Both the position numbers and the translations under genes were made by a program. Below are positions 1 through 11,158 of a DNA stretch of 64,000 nucleotides, one piece after another. The notes below the pieces were generated by a model, which searched no databases, was not told the origin of the DNA, and saw only the letters and a list, made by a program, of their open reading frames with translations. The first letter of the stretch is position 1. Every line of letters begins with the position of its first letter. Source of the stretch: Escherichia coli (GTDB lineage Bacteria; Pseudomonadota; Gammaproteobacteria; Enterobacterales; Enterobacteriaceae); assembly GCF_046105845.1 (NCBI RefSeq), contig NZ_CP151004.1, one strand, 5' to 3'.

Positions 1-607
1 GGTAAGGGAATTTGTGAATTAACTCTGGGTGCAGCCATAGCATTCCCCAACTTTTGGCTGCCCACTTGCAGGTTAACCAGGGTGACATAAAAAGGTGATG
101 GATTATGAACATTGATATAGTTACCGGATCGCGAAAACTTGAGTGTGTCCGGCGCTTCTGCGGGTAATTCTTGTAGTTGAATTGGACGGAGAAATAACTT
201 CATGCGCGATAAAATCGCCAATTGCAAAACATTCCTGCCGTTCAATGCATTTTTATCTACCGAAGGGATCGTCTTAACATTCATCCAGAACAGAGACTCA
301 CGATCTGCCGCCAGCGGTGGACCGGTGTAAATAATACGCAAAGTATTTTCGCTTTTGGGTTCACTAACAAACAGTGGCGGTGTAATGATGAATGACTTTT
401 CTTTTACACCGCTGCTGTTTTCAATCCACGAATTGACCAGAAAGCGCTCATTGGTATGGCTATTTCTAATCCATACCGCAGTCTGTTTAGCATCAGCGGG
501 ATAAATAATACGCGTGGCACCTAATGCGATCCCTCCGGCAGCATGGGCGCTGGCCGAAATGATTAAATAAAATATAATGAGCATCAATAACTTTATTTTA
601 GTCATCA
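1..607 (-). CDS. sfmC: Fimbrial periplasmic chaperone (PapD family), partial: C-terminus lies beyond the window start
   Basis: My own minus-strand translation from ATG at 607 is open to position 1: [49 protein letters not shown]... with Sec signal peptide and chaperone-like motifs. Not in the ORF track because no stop falls inside the window. Position downstream of sfmA fits the sfm operon. Confidence 0.75.
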
Positions 608-827
608 TAGTTAATACGCCTTGTGTATTCCTGACGGCAAAAATAAGGAGTATAAAGAAATGATTGCTTTGGTTTCTTACAACACATCATTCCCTTTTCA
701 TTTAATAAAGCGGCATGATACAAAGTGAACATGATTTCGATTTACATTGCCACCATACCGCTTCAGACAACCGGTACATTACTTTGTTATAAGACGTGAT
801 ATATAATTCAAAACAACGTGGTTTTGA

Positions 828-1370
828 TTATTCGTATCTCATAATAAAAGTCGCGTCAGCATTTGCTTGCCCTGCTGATGCACTTGTACCGGTGCCTTTA
901 TAACGTGCAGAAAAATGAAGAACGTTGGTCCCGGGGATCAAGTTCTGGTTGGTTGAGAAGCTATTCCCATCAGGTTTGAGAATTGCGGATGTATTATCAA
1001 GTATTTCAATACCGACACCCGTTGCTGTTGTTGTATTGGTACTGGATGCAATGGCCAATAAATTATCATTGATTGCATCAGCCTGACCAGAAAATGCAAC
1101 GGCAGCATTAGCGGCAACAACAGGATCGCAGTCGTTCAACTGAATGGTGAATGGAATTAATGCAGAGGTATTACCAACAGCATTGAAAATATCGGTACGA
1201 TATTGACCGAGTGTGACAACCTGGTCTGCCGAGTCAGTATTCACTGAACAGGCAGCATTCACCAGTTCACCTTCAAAGTGAATTGTACCGCCATCTACAA
1301 CGGCAGCATAACTACCCGTAGCGGCGAATAGTGCGGCGGCCAGCGCAGACGAAATAAATCTTAATTTCAT
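828..1370 (-). CDS. sfmA: Type 1-like fimbrial major subunit
   Basis: ORF 828..1403; likely start is the internal ATG at 1370 ([25 protein letters not shown]...), giving ~180 aa with signal peptide and fimbrillin-like sequence. Sits beside folD as in E. coli. Confidence 0.85.
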   Translation of the reverse strand: MKLRFISSALAAALFAATGSYAAVVDGGTIHFEGELVNAACSVNTDSADQVVTLGQYRTDIFNAVGNTSALIPFTIQLNDCDPVVAANAAVAFSGQADAINDNLLAIASSTNTTTATGVGIEILDNTSAILKPDGNSFSTNQNLIPGTNVLHFSARYKGTGTSASAGQANADATFIMRYE

Positions 1371-1840
1371 ATATATTCCTTCAATCTCATTTATCGACTC
1401 CACATCCGTATATAACCGATTACTTTATTTAAGACACTTATAGTAGTAAATTCCTTTTTATCCTCTAAGAATGTCTTAATTGAAAATATGCACTCTATTC
1501 TAAAAAATAGAGAGCCCCGTTAGATGAATACTTCCGCGCAAAATATATTCAACACAAATATAGACCTGAAGCGGTAAATTACCAGGCTGAAAATTCTTTT
1601 TATATTGTCAGGTATTTCTTAAATTATCTTAATCCTTTGACAAGGAAATAAGTCAGTTCCAGATTTACAACGCCATCATGGACGAAAAATGAAGCTTTCA
1701 ATCTCAGCGACAGTGCGCCTCACCTTCGCACGAGGTCGCTTCACGCGATAAATCTGAAACGAAACCTGACAGCGCGCCCCGCTTCTGACAAAATAGGCGC
1801 ATCCCCTTCGACCTACGTAACAGATGGAATCCTCTCTCTG

Positions 1841-2707
1841 ATGGCAGCAAAGATTATTGACGGTAAAACGATTGCGCAGCAGGTGCGCTCTGAAGTTGCT
1901 CAAAAAGTTCAGGCGCGTATTGCAGCCGGACTGCGGGCACCAGGACTGGCCGTTGTGCTGGTGGGTAGTAACCCTGCATCGCAAATTTATGTCGCAAGCA
2001 AACGCAAGGCTTGTGAAGAAGTCGGGTTCGTCTCCCGCTCTTATGACCTCCCGGAAACCACCAGCGAAGCGGAGCTGCTGGAGCTTATCGATACGCTGAA
2101 TGCCGACAACACCATCGATGGCATTCTGGTTCAACTGCCGTTACCGGCGGGTATTGATAACGTCAAAGTGCTGGAACGTATTCATCCGGACAAAGACGTG
2201 GACGGTTTCCATCCTTACAACGTCGGTCGTCTGTGCCAGCGCGCGCCACGTCTGCGTCCCTGCACCCCGCGCGGTATCGTCACGCTGCTTGAGCGTTACA
2301 ACATTGATACCTTCGGCCTTAACGCCGTGGTGATTGGCGCATCGAATATCGTCGGTCGCCCAATGAGCATGGAACTGCTGCTGGCAGGTTGCACCACCAC
2401 CGTGACTCACCGTTTCACTAAAAATCTGCGTCACCACGTAGAAAATGCCGATCTGTTGATCGTTGCCGTCGGCAAGCCGGGCTTTATTCCTGGTGACTGG
2501 ATCAAAGAAGGCGCAATTGTGATTGATGTTGGCATCAACCGTCTGGAAAATGGCAAAGTTGTGGGCGACGTCGTGTTTGAAGACGCGGCTAAACGCGCCT
2601 CATACATTACGCCTGTTCCCGGCGGCGTTGGCCCAATGACGGTTGCCACGCTGATTGAAAACACGCTACAGGCGTGCGTTGAATATCATGATCCACAGGG
2701 TGAGTAA
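1841..2707 (+). CDS. folD: Bifunctional methylenetetrahydrofolate dehydrogenase / methenyl-THF cyclohydrolase
   Basis: 288-aa ORF, recognised FolD sequence ([23 protein letters not shown]...). Confidence 0.97.
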   Translation: MAAKIIDGKTIAQQVRSEVAQKVQARIAAGLRAPGLAVVLVGSNPASQIYVASKRKACEEVGFVSRSYDLPETTSEAELLELIDTLNADNTIDGILVQLPLPAGIDNVKVLERIHPDKDVDGFHPYNVGRLCQRAPRLRPCTPRGIVTLLERYNIDTFGLNAVVIGASNIVGRPMSMELLLAGCTTTVTHRFTKNLRHHVENADLLIVAVGKPGFIPGDWIKEGAIVIDVGINRLENGKVVGDVVFEDAAKRASYITPVPGGVGPMTVATLIENTLQACVEYHDPQGE

Positions 2708-2708
2708 C

Positions 2709-2921
2709 ATGGCGACATTTTCTTTAGGTAAACATCCGCACGTTGAGCTGTGCGACTTGCTGAAACTGGAAGGCTGGAGCGAAAGCGGCGCGCAGGCGAA
2801 AATCGCGATTGCCGAAGGCCAGGTGAAAGTCGACGGTGCGGTTGAAACGCGCAAACGCTGCAAAATCGTTGCCGGGCAGACAGTGAGTTTTGCCGGTCAC
2901 AGCGTACAGGTTGTTGCCTGA
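2709..2921 (+). CDS. ybcJ: S4-like RNA-binding protein YbcJ
   Basis: ORF 2655..2921; internal ATG at 2709 gives the 70-aa form MATFSLGKHPHVELCDLLKLEGW... One-base gap after folD stop. Confidence 0.9.
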   Translation: MATFSLGKHPHVELCDLLKLEGWSESGAQAKIAIAEGQVKVDGAVETRKRCKIVAGQTVSFAGHSVQVVA

Positions 2922-2929
2922 TCCCTTTC

Positions 2930-2961
2930 CCGGCCTGTAACAACAGGCCGGTTCTCTTTTC
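2930..2961 (+). terminator. Rho-independent terminator after ybcJ
   Basis: 9-bp stem ccggcctgt / acaggccgg with 4-nt loop, then ttctctttt. Confidence 0.6.
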
Positions 2962-3028
2962 AGACTTTTGCCCTCTACGCCCCGTTCATCCATGCTGATA
3001 GCATCGACATTTTGCCGAAGCGATCATC

Positions 3029-3550
3029 ATGCCAACCGTTATTACGCACGCCGCCGTTCCCCTTTGCATTGGTTTAGGGTTGGGTTCGAAAGTCATCCCT
3101 CCGCGTCTTTTATTTGCCGGAATCGTCCTGGCGATGCTGCCTGATGCCGACGTATTGTCGTTTAAATTTGGCGTTGCTTACGGCAATGTTTTTGGTCATC
3201 GCGGGTTTACCCATTCGCTGGTGTTTGCGTTTGTTGTCCCGCTGTTATGTGTGCTGATTGGACGTCGATGGTTCAGGGCTGGGCTGATTCGCTGCTGGCT
3301 GTTTTTAACCGTCTCGTTGTTATCGCACAGCTTGCTGGATTCGGTAACCACTGGCGGTAAGGGCGTTGGCTGGCTGTGGCCGTGGTCAGATGAACGCTTT
3401 TTCGCTCCCTGGCAGGTGATTAAAGTCGCGCCGTTTGCATTGTCTCGTTACACCACGCCGTACGGACATCAGGTGATTATTTCTGAATTGATGTGGGTAT
3501 GGTTGCCGGGGATGCTACTGATAGGAATGTTGTGGTGGCGCAGACGATAA
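3029..3550 (+). CDS. ybcI: Inner-membrane protein YbcI (putative metal-dependent hydrolase family)
   Basis: 173-aa hydrophobic ORF matching YbcI. Confidence 0.9.
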   Translation: MPTVITHAAVPLCIGLGLGSKVIPPRLLFAGIVLAMLPDADVLSFKFGVAYGNVFGHRGFTHSLVFAFVVPLLCVLIGRRWFRAGLIRCWLFLTVSLLSHSLLDSVTTGGKGVGWLWPWSDERFFAPWQVIKVAPFALSRYTTPYGHQVIISELMWVWLPGMLLIGMLWWRRR

Positions 3551-3585
3551 CCGGATGCGAAAACTCGCATCCGGCAATAGCGCAA

Positions 3586-4971
3586 TTACTTACGACGCCA
3601 GGTGGTCCCTTGCGGGCCATCTTCCAGCACGATCCCCATCTCGTTAAGACGGTCACGCGCCGCATCTGCCGCCGCCCAGTCTTTCGCTTTACGGGCATCC
3701 AGACGCTGTTGAATTAACGCTTCAATCTCAGCCACTTCACTGTCGTCTGCCTGCGCGCCGCTTTGCAGGAACGCTTCCGGTTCTTGCTCCAGCAGGCCCA
3801 ATACAGCGGAAAGTTTACGCAGATGAGACGCCATTGCATTCGCCGCTGCCATATCTTCTGCTTTCAGACGGTTCACTTCACGGGCCATATCAAACAGCAC
3901 GGAATAGGCTTCCGGGGTGTTGAAATCGTCGTCCATCGCTTCAATAAAGCGCGCTTCAAACGCTTCGCCACCGGCAGGCGCAACGGTTTTATCTGTGCCA
4001 CGCAGCGCAGTGTAGAGACGCTCCAGCGCCGCACGTGCCTGCTTCAGGTTCTCTTCGCTGTAGTTCAGCTGGCTGCGATAGTGGCCTGACATCAGGAAGT
4101 AACGCACGGTTTCCGCGTCGTAGTATTTCAGCACATCGCGCACGGTAAAGAAGTTACCCAGCGATTTGGACATCTTCTCGCGGTCAACCATCACCATCCC
4201 GGAGTGCATCCAGTAGTTTACATACTGACCATCATGGGCACAGGTGGACTGCGCGATTTCATTCTCGTGGTGCGGGAACATCAGGTCAGAACCGCCGCCG
4301 TGGATATCAAAGTGGTTACCCAGCTGCTTGCAGTTCATTGCCGAACATTCAATGTGCCAGCCTGGACGGCCCGCGCCCCACGGAGACGGCCAGCTCGGTT
4401 CGCCCTCTTTCGACATCTTCCACAGAACGAAGTCCATCGGGTTGCGTTTGTCATCAACCACGTCAACGCGCGCGCCAGCCTGCAACTGGTCGAGATCCTG
4501 ACGCGACAGCACGCCATAAGTTGGATCGGTCGGTACGTCAAACATCACGTCGCCGTTGTCCGCCACATAAGCGTGACCTTTGGCGATAAGTTGCTCAGTG
4601 AGTTCAATAATTTCTGCGATATGGTGCGTCGCGCGCGGCTCCATATCCGGGCGCAGAATGTTCAAAGCATCAAAATCTTTGTGCATTTCGGCGATCATGC
4701 GATCCACCAGCGCTACAAAGCTTTCGCCATTTTCATTGGCGCGTTTGATGATTTTGTCATCGATATCGGTAATGTTACGCACATACTTCAGCTTATAGCC
4801 GAGGAAACGCAGGTAACGCGCAACCACGTCAAAGGCAACAAAGGTACGCCCGTGACCGATATGACAGAGATCGTAAACGGTGATTCCACACACGTACATG
4901 CCGACTTCCCCGGCGTGAATAGGCTTAAATTCCTCTTTTTGGCGTGTCAGAGTATTGAAGATTTTTAGCAT
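3586..4971 (-). CDS. cysS: Cysteine--tRNA ligase
   Basis: 461-aa ORF with class I aaRS HIGH motif (CHIGHGRTF) and KMSKS; recognised CysS. Confidence 0.97.
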
Positions 4972-5144
4972 CGAAGATTCCGTTTAGACATGTGTGGGTA
5001 ATTGAGTTGCGTATAATACCCATATTTCCCGCGCGAATCAGCATACATTGCGTGATGATCCGATCGTGCGGTTATGCTATAACACCACCCTATATATGAC
5101 CCGAACCGGGTTGAAGCACCAATCAAACGGAACAGGATGCAAAA

Positions 5145-5639
5145 ATGGTTACTTTCCACACCAATCACGGCGATATTGTCATCAAAACTTTTGACGATAA
5201 AGCACCTGAAACAGTTAAAAACTTCCTGGACTACTGCCGCGAAGGTTTTTACAACAACACCATTTTCCACCGTGTAATCAACGGATTTATGATTCAGGGC
5301 GGCGGTTTTGAACCGGGTATGAAACAAAAAGCCACCAAAGAACCGATCAAAAACGAAGCCAACAACGGTCTGAAAAATACCCGCGGTACGCTGGCAATGG
5401 CCCGTACTCAGGCACCGCACTCTGCAACTGCACAGTTCTTCATCAACGTGGTTGATAACGACTTCCTGAACTTCTCTGGCGAAAGCCTGCAAGGTTGGGG
5501 CTACTGCGTGTTTGCTGAAGTGGTTGAAGGCATGGACGTGGTAGACAAAATCAAAGGTGTGGCAACCGGTCGTAGCGGTATGCACCAGGACGTGCCAAAA
5601 GAAGACGTTATCATTGAAAGCGTGACAGTTAGCGAGTAA
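5145..5639 (+). CDS. ppiB: Peptidyl-prolyl cis-trans isomerase B (cyclophilin)
   Basis: 164-aa ORF, recognised PpiB ([24 protein letters not shown]...). Confidence 0.97.
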   Translation: MVTFHTNHGDIVIKTFDDKAPETVKNFLDYCREGFYNNTIFHRVINGFMIQGGGFEPGMKQKATKEPIKNEANNGLKNTRGTLAMARTQAPHSATAQFFINVVDNDFLNFSGESLQGWGYCVFAEVVEGMDVVDKIKGVATGRSGMHQDVPKEDVIIESVTVSE

Positions 5640-5641
5640 TC

Positions 5642-6364
5642 GTGGCGACACTCTTTATTGCAGATCTTCATCTCTGCGTGGAAGAACCGGCGATCACCGC
5701 CGGTTTTCTGCGTTTTTTAGCGGGGGAAGCCCGCAATGCCGACGCGCTGTATATTCTTGGCGATCTGTTTGAAGCGTGGATTGGCGACGACGATCCCAAC
5801 CCACTCCATCGCCAGATGGCGGCAGCGATCAAAGCGGTGTCCGATTCCGGTGTTCCCTGTTATTTCATTCATGGCAACCGTGATTTTCTGCTCGGCAAAC
5901 GCTTTGCCCGTGAAAGCGGCATGACGTTATTGCCGGAAGAAAAGGTGCTCGAATTGTATGGTCGCCGGGTATTGATTATGCATGGCGACACGCTGTGCAC
6001 CGATGACGCCGGTTATCAGGCTTTTCGCGCCAAAGTCCACAAACCCTGGCTGCAAACGCTATTCCTCGCCCTGCCGTTGTTTGTGCGCAAACGCATTGCC
6101 GCGCGAATGCGAGCGAACAGCAAAGAAGCCAACAGCAGTAAATCGCTGGCGATCATGGACGTTAACCAAAACGCGGTGGTCAGTGCGATGGAAAAACATC
6201 AGGTGCAATGGCTGATTCACGGGCATACCCATCGCCCGGCAGTACATGAACTTATCGCCAATCAGCAACCTGCTTTCCGCGTCGTGCTGGGTGCCTGGCA
6301 TACTGAAGGTTCAATGGTGAAAGTCACGGCAGATGACGTTGAGCTGATTCATTTTCCGTTTTAA
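5642..6364 (+). CDS. lpxH: UDP-2,3-diacylglucosamine pyrophosphohydrolase
   Basis: 240-aa ORF with GTG start at 5642 ([11 protein letters not shown]...); calcineurin-like phosphoesterase motifs (GDLFEAW, GNRDF). Confidence 0.95.
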   Translation: MATLFIADLHLCVEEPAITAGFLRFLAGEARNADALYILGDLFEAWIGDDDPNPLHRQMAAAIKAVSDSGVPCYFIHGNRDFLLGKRFARESGMTLLPEEKVLELYGRRVLIMHGDTLCTDDAGYQAFRAKVHKPWLQTLFLALPLFVRKRIAARMRANSKEANSSKSLAIMDVNQNAVVSAMEKHQVQWLIHGHTHRPAVHELIANQQPAFRVVLGAWHTEGSMVKVTADDVELIHFPF

Positions 6365-6480
6365 ATACCCGCAACTTTGCTGATTTCACAGCCACGCAAC
6401 CGTTTTCCTTGCTCTCTTTCCGTGCTATTCTCTGTGCCCTCAAAAGCCGAGAGTTGTGCACCACAGGAGTTTTAAGACGC

Positions 6481-6990
6481 ATGTCTTCCCGCAATAATCC
6501 GGCGCGTGTCGCCATCGTGATGGGGTCCAAAAGCGACTGGGCTACCATGCAGTTCGCCGCCGAAATCTTCGAAATCCTGAATGTCCCACACCACGTTGAA
6601 GTGGTTTCTGCTCACCGCACCCCCGATAAACTGTTCAGCTTCGCCGAAAGTGCCGAAGAAAACGGTTATCAGGTGATTATTGCGGGCGCAGGCGGCGCAG
6701 CGCACCTGCCTGGCATGATTGCCGCCAAAACGCTGGTGCCAGTGCTGGGCGTGCCAGTACAGAGCGCCGCACTGAGCGGTGTCGATAGCCTCTACTCCAT
6801 CGTACAAATGCCGCGCGGCATTCCGGTGGGTACACTGGCGATTGGTAAAGCTGGCGCGGCAAACGCGGCGTTACTGGCAGCACAAATTCTTGCAACTCAT
6901 GATAAAGAGCTACACCAGCGTCTGAATGACTGGCGCAAAGCCCAGACTGACGAAGTGCTGGAAAACCCGGACCCGCGAGGTGCGGCATGA
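6481..6990 (+). CDS. purE: N5-carboxyaminoimidazole ribonucleotide mutase
   Basis: ORF 6409..6990; ATG at 6481 gives the 169-aa form [20 protein letters not shown]... Confidence 0.95.
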   Translation: MSSRNNPARVAIVMGSKSDWATMQFAAEIFEILNVPHHVEVVSAHRTPDKLFSFAESAEENGYQVIIAGAGGAAHLPGMIAAKTLVPVLGVPVQSAALSGVDSLYSIVQMPRGIPVGTLAIGKAGAANAALLAAQILATHDKELHQRLNDWRKAQTDEVLENPDPRGAA

Positions 6991-8054
6991 AACAGGTTTG
7001 CGTCCTCGGTAACGGGCAGTTAGGCCGTATGCTGCGTCAGGCAGGCGAACCGTTAGGCATTGCTGTCTGGCCAGTCGGGCTGGACGCTGAACCGGCGGCG
7101 GTGCCTTTTCAACAAAGCGTGATTACCGCTGAGATCGAACGCTGGCCGGAAACCGCATTAACCCGCGAGCTGGCGCGCCATCCGGCCTTTGTGAACCGCG
7201 ATGTATTCCCGATTATTGCTGACCGTCTGACTCAGAAGCAGCTTTTCGACAAGCTTCACCTGCCGACCGCACCGTGGCAGTTACTTGCCGATCGCAGCGA
7301 GTGGCCTGCGGTGTTTGATCGTTTAGGTGAGCTGGCGATTGTTAAGCGCCGCACTGGTGGCTATGACGGACGCGGTCAATGGCGTTTACGCGCCGATGAA
7401 ACCGAACAGTTACCGGCTGAATGCTACGGCGAATGTATTGTCGAGCAGGGCATAAACTTCTCTGGTGAAGTGTCGCTGGTTGGCGCGCGCGGTTTTGATG
7501 GCAGCACCGTGTTTTATCCGCTGACGCATAACCTGCATCAGGACGGTATTTTGCGCACCAGCGTCGCTTTCCCGCAGGCCAACGCACAGCAACAAACACA
7601 AGCCGAAGAGATGTTGTCGGCGATTATGCAGGAACTGGGCTATGTGGGCGTGATGGCGATGGAGTGTTTTGTCACCCCGCAAGGTCTGTTGATCAACGAA
7701 CTGGCTCCTCGTGTGCATAACAGCGGTCACTGGACACAAAACGGTGCCAGCATCAGCCAGTTTGAGCTGCATCTGCGGGCGATTATCGATCTGCCGTTAC
7801 CGCAACCGGTAGTGAATAGTCCGTCGGTGATGATCAACCTGATTGGTAGCGATGTGAATTATGACTGGCTGAAACTGCCGCTGGTGCATCTGCACTGGTA
7901 CGACAAAGAAGTCCGTCCGGGGCGTAAAGTGGGGCATCTGAATTTGACCGACAGCGACACATCGCGTCTGACCGCGACGCTGGAAGCCTTAATTCCGCTG
8001 CTGCCGCCGGAGTATGCCAGCGGCGTGATGTGGGCGCAGAGTAAGTTCAGTTAA
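6987..8054 (+). CDS. purK: N5-carboxyaminoimidazole ribonucleotide synthase
   Basis: 355-aa ATP-grasp ORF overlapping the purE stop by 4 bp. Confidence 0.95.
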   Translation: MKQVCVLGNGQLGRMLRQAGEPLGIAVWPVGLDAEPAAVPFQQSVITAEIERWPETALTRELARHPAFVNRDVFPIIADRLTQKQLFDKLHLPTAPWQLLADRSEWPAVFDRLGELAIVKRRTGGYDGRGQWRLRADETEQLPAECYGECIVEQGINFSGEVSLVGARGFDGSTVFYPLTHNLHQDGILRTSVAFPQANAQQQTQAEEMLSAIMQELGYVGVMAMECFVTPQGLLINELAPRVHNSGHWTQNGASISQFELHLRAIIDLPLPQPVVNSPSVMINLIGSDVNYDWLKLPLVHLHWYDKEVRPGRKVGHLNLTDSDTSRLTATLEALIPLLPPEYASGVMWAQSKFS

Positions 8055-8069
8055 CCTGGTGCTCATTTG

Positions 8070-8170
8070 ATTGCCGGATGCGGCGTGAACGCCTTATCCG
8101 ACCTGTGGAAACAGTGATATTTCCAGGTCGGATAATCAGCATCGCATCAGGCACAAATACCGAATGCCTA
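8070..8170. repeat. REP/BIME palindromic elements
   Basis: gccggatgcggcgtgaacgccttatccgacctg and a second inverted REP-like unit between convergent purK and arcC. Confidence 0.6.
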
Positions 8171-8173
8171 CGA

Positions 8174-9067
8174 CTACAGCGAAATACAGGTCCCCGCTTC
8201 GCCCGCCAGCGTCTCTTCAATCCGCGATAACGCCCCAATCCACGCAGGTTTACCACGGCTTCTGACATAGCCACTCACCGCAGTCACCTTCGGCCCCATC
8301 GAACCATCGGCTTTGGCAAATGGCGCTAACTCATCCGGTGTGGCATGGCGAATGGCACGTTGCTGCGGCGTTCCCCAGTTTTCATATACCGCATCAGCAT
8401 CGGTGAGGATCACCAGTCCATCGGCATTAATCTGCTCGGCAAGCAACGCAGCGGCGAGATCTTTATCAATCACCGCTTCACTCCCTGCTCCGTCATCCGT
8501 CACCGGCACACCGCCGCCGCCACTGCAAATTACCACATGCCCCTCTTTGAGCAACAACTCAATGGCTTCGCTGTCGAGAATTTTACGCGGTTGCGGAGAC
8601 GCCACCACCCGGCGTAAATATTTACCATCACGTTTCATCTGCCAGCCATAAGCCGCTTCCAGTGCCTCTTGTTCTTCTGGCTGATAAACCGGACCGATAA
8701 ACTTCTCTGGCTGCAAAAACGCCGGATCATCAGGCGAAACTTCAATGCGCGTCAGCACCGTCGTGACAGGCGGCATCTGCGGCTGTGCGCCCAAACTCTG
8801 CGCCAGCATATAGCCAATCATCCCCTGGCTTTCCGCAACCAGCACATCCAGCGGATACGGTTCTACCTCTTTCCACGCCAGATTCTGCAATGCCAGCAGC
8901 CCCACCTGCGGCCCGTTGCCGTGAACAATCGCCAGCCGATAAGAACGGGCCAGGCGCGCCAGCGCGGGTACAGCACTGGCGATATTGCGATATTGATTTT
9001 CTGCCGTCAGCGCCTCACCGCGCTGGAGTAAGGCGTTGCCCCCAAGAGCCACAACCAGTGTTTTCAT
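8174..9067 (-). CDS. arcC: Carbamate kinase-like protein
   Basis: 297-aa ORF, carbamate kinase family ([18 protein letters not shown]...); matches the E. coli ybcF/arcC position. Confidence 0.9.
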   Translation of the reverse strand: MKTLVVALGGNALLQRGEALTAENQYRNIASAVPALARLARSYRLAIVHGNGPQVGLLALQNLAWKEVEPYPLDVLVAESQGMIGYMLAQSLGAQPQMPPVTTVLTRIEVSPDDPAFLQPEKFIGPVYQPEEQEALEAAYGWQMKRDGKYLRRVVASPQPRKILDSEAIELLLKEGHVVICSGGGGVPVTDDGAGSEAVIDKDLAAALLAEQINADGLVILTDADAVYENWGTPQQRAIRHATPDELAPFAKADGSMGPKVTAVSGYVRSRGKPAWIGALSRIEETLAGEAGTCISL

Positions 9068-9879
9068 GGTTTTCCTTGTAATAATTGTTGGCCAAGCCAG
9101 AACCCCAGCAGCGTATCTGCCCCTGACGTATGCCCCAGCGCCAGCAGCGAATCAATCGCAACAGCGGTACGTTTCGGGCAACTCAGAGCATGAACAAAGT
9201 GCAGGAGTGGCGAGGCGAAATATCCTTGCGCGGCATAACGTAAATAACTGACGCTCACCGCAGTGGTAACGAGTTGAAGATGGTCGGAACAGGCAAAAAA
9301 ATGGCGACCGGAGCGCGCATCTAAAGCGCCATAATACCAGGCCGCCAGCAGCATTCCGCTCAGCGTGTCATCATGACTTGGCGTTAATCCCGGACCTTTA
9401 CCCAGCCAGTGCCGCCAGTCGGTCTTCACGCCATTGAGCGCGGCCTGAAAACAGTGGCGAAACTGGCGTAATTCAGCAGGCAGCGGATCGCTTGTCGCCA
9501 TCGCCAGTGGCCCGAAAAGCCCGGTTTCCTCCGCGCGTTGCATCCATGCAACGGCAAGCGGTTGAGGATGCGCAGGCGGCGTAATACGCAGCAGATAATA
9601 ACGCTGTGGCTGTTTAACCGTGAAACGCCCGAGGCGAATCCCTTGTGCCACAACCTGTGGTCGTTCATTGCCGCATAATCCACCGCATAACGCATCGAAT
9701 TGCGCGCGGCGAAGCACCCATCCGCCGGGGCCGAAACCACTACCCTGACGATGCAGCGTTAACAGTTCGCCGCTTTCCGTCATCAGGTTAATCGCCCGCC
9801 GCCACACTCCCGCTAACCGCCAGGACTGGCGATAATTCGGTGCGCTACTAATGGCAAGCAGAGGATGGATGATCGTCAT
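9064..9879 (-). CDS. ylbF: Conserved protein YlbF
   Basis: 271-aa ORF overlapping arcC start by 4 bp; position and sequence match ylbF. Confidence 0.85.
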   Translation of the reverse strand: MTIIHPLLAISSAPNYRQSWRLAGVWRRAINLMTESGELLTLHRQGSGFGPGGWVLRRAQFDALCGGLCGNERPQVVAQGIRLGRFTVKQPQRYYLLRITPPAHPQPLAVAWMQRAEETGLFGPLAMATSDPLPAELRQFRHCFQAALNGVKTDWRHWLGKGPGLTPSHDDTLSGMLLAAWYYGALDARSGRHFFACSDHLQLVTTAVSVSYLRYAAQGYFASPLLHFVHALSCPKRTAVAIDSLLALGHTSGADTLLGFWLGQQLLQGKP

Positions 9880-9889
9880 TGTGCGTTCC

Positions 9890-11149
9890 TCAACCTATCC
9901 CCATGCTTTCAGCCAGTGCTTCCAGCGCTTGTTCAAAGCAGGCCAACGGTGCCCGCACAGTGCCTGCGCCAATCTGCCCGATCCCCGCCTCTTTATGGGC
10001 GATACCGGTATTGATGAGTGGCGTAATGCCGGTTTCTACCACGCGACGAATATCCAGCCCCAGGCACGCGCCCTGGAAATCCCAGCCGGGGATCTGCAAC
10101 TGCATATTGCGTTCAAGATAAATTTCCGCCATCTCTTCAGATACCGCCCTGGCCGCTTCCATGCCACCCGCACCGACAAAGCGCGTTACGCCAGGTGCTG
10201 CGATCATCGCCGCTCCGCCAATACCAAAGGTTTCGGTAATTGCGCTATCGCCCATATCCGGGTTCGCCTGCTCCTGCGAGAAGCCGGTGAAAAACAGACC
10301 TTGGGGAGTGTTTACAGGCGCAGTAAACCAGCGTTCGCCCAGCCCGCTGACCCGAATCCCGAACATATTGCCGTTGCGGGTCATTGCCGTGACGATGCTG
10401 CCTGCGCGGATCATCGCACCAGCATCCATCGCCGCCTTGCAGTAAGCCATCGCGAGGTTAAGGAAGAACTGATCGGTCACGCTGAGGAAATCCATCACTT
10501 CCGCAATGTGCTGTTTATCATGATCGAGGCGTGCAATTTGTGGGGCCAGCGTACGCATTAACAGTGCTGAGGAAGCAATATTGCGTTGATGGAACTCATC
10601 GCCCATGGTAATGCCCTGCGCCATCATTGCCGTGAGATCGATACCGCGCTCCATGCGCCCCAGCGCCGCGCTTAATACTGGCATTAACACATCGCGCATC
10701 CAGCGATGGCGAGTCAGGACATCTTCGCCGTAAGCGCCAAAACGCATCACTTTGCCGATACCTTCGTTGAGGTTGCAGTACGCCCGGTTGCCGTCGGTCA
10801 CGTTCTCGACCACCAGCATCGGCATACTGGCAGAAGTAATACCGCCCATTGGCCCGACGGCATTCACATGGTGACAAGGAATGAAGTTCACTTCCCCCTG
10901 CTCCAGTATTGCCAGCGCCTGCGCTTCATCTTTCGCCCAGCCTTCGAACAGACATGCGCCCACGCACGCCCCTTTCATGGGTCCGGTCATCTCCTGCCAG
11001 CGCATTGGCGGCCCGGCGTGAAGCAGTGTTTTGCCCTTGTTTAGTTCGCTGATAAGTGAAGAAGCCGGTTGCACATCCAGCCAGTGTGGACGAGCGCGAC
11101 GAATTTGTTCGATAACCGCAGCATTGGCTTGCGCCACTGATGTAAACAT
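9890..11149 (-). CDS. ylbE: Conserved protein YlbE, intact
   Basis: Uninterrupted 419-aa ORF between ylbF and fdrA. Confidence 0.85.
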   Translation of the reverse strand: MFTSVAQANAAVIEQIRRARPHWLDVQPASSLISELNKGKTLLHAGPPMRWQEMTGPMKGACVGACLFEGWAKDEAQALAILEQGEVNFIPCHHVNAVGPMGGITSASMPMLVVENVTDGNRAYCNLNEGIGKVMRFGAYGEDVLTRHRWMRDVLMPVLSAALGRMERGIDLTAMMAQGITMGDEFHQRNIASSALLMRTLAPQIARLDHDKQHIAEVMDFLSVTDQFFLNLAMAYCKAAMDAGAMIRAGSIVTAMTRNGNMFGIRVSGLGERWFTAPVNTPQGLFFTGFSQEQANPDMGDSAITETFGIGGAAMIAAPGVTRFVGAGGMEAARAVSEEMAEIYLERNMQLQIPGWDFQGACLGLDIRRVVETGITPLINTGIAHKEAGIGQIGAGTVRAPLACFEQALEALAESMGIG

Positions 11150-11158
11150 GGGAACCCC

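Noticed and set aside
1404-1840. Possible promoter ttgaca at ~1637 in the sfmA-folD divergent intergenic region
   Set aside because: No convincing -10 hexamer at the correct spacing; left uncalled.
4204-4968. 254-aa plus-strand ORF
   Set aside because: Entirely antisense to cysS, which has unmistakable aaRS motifs; no independent support.
4965-5651. 228-aa minus-strand ORF
   Set aside because: Antisense to ppiB and the cysS-ppiB intergenic region; Cys/His-rich composition with no recognisable domain.
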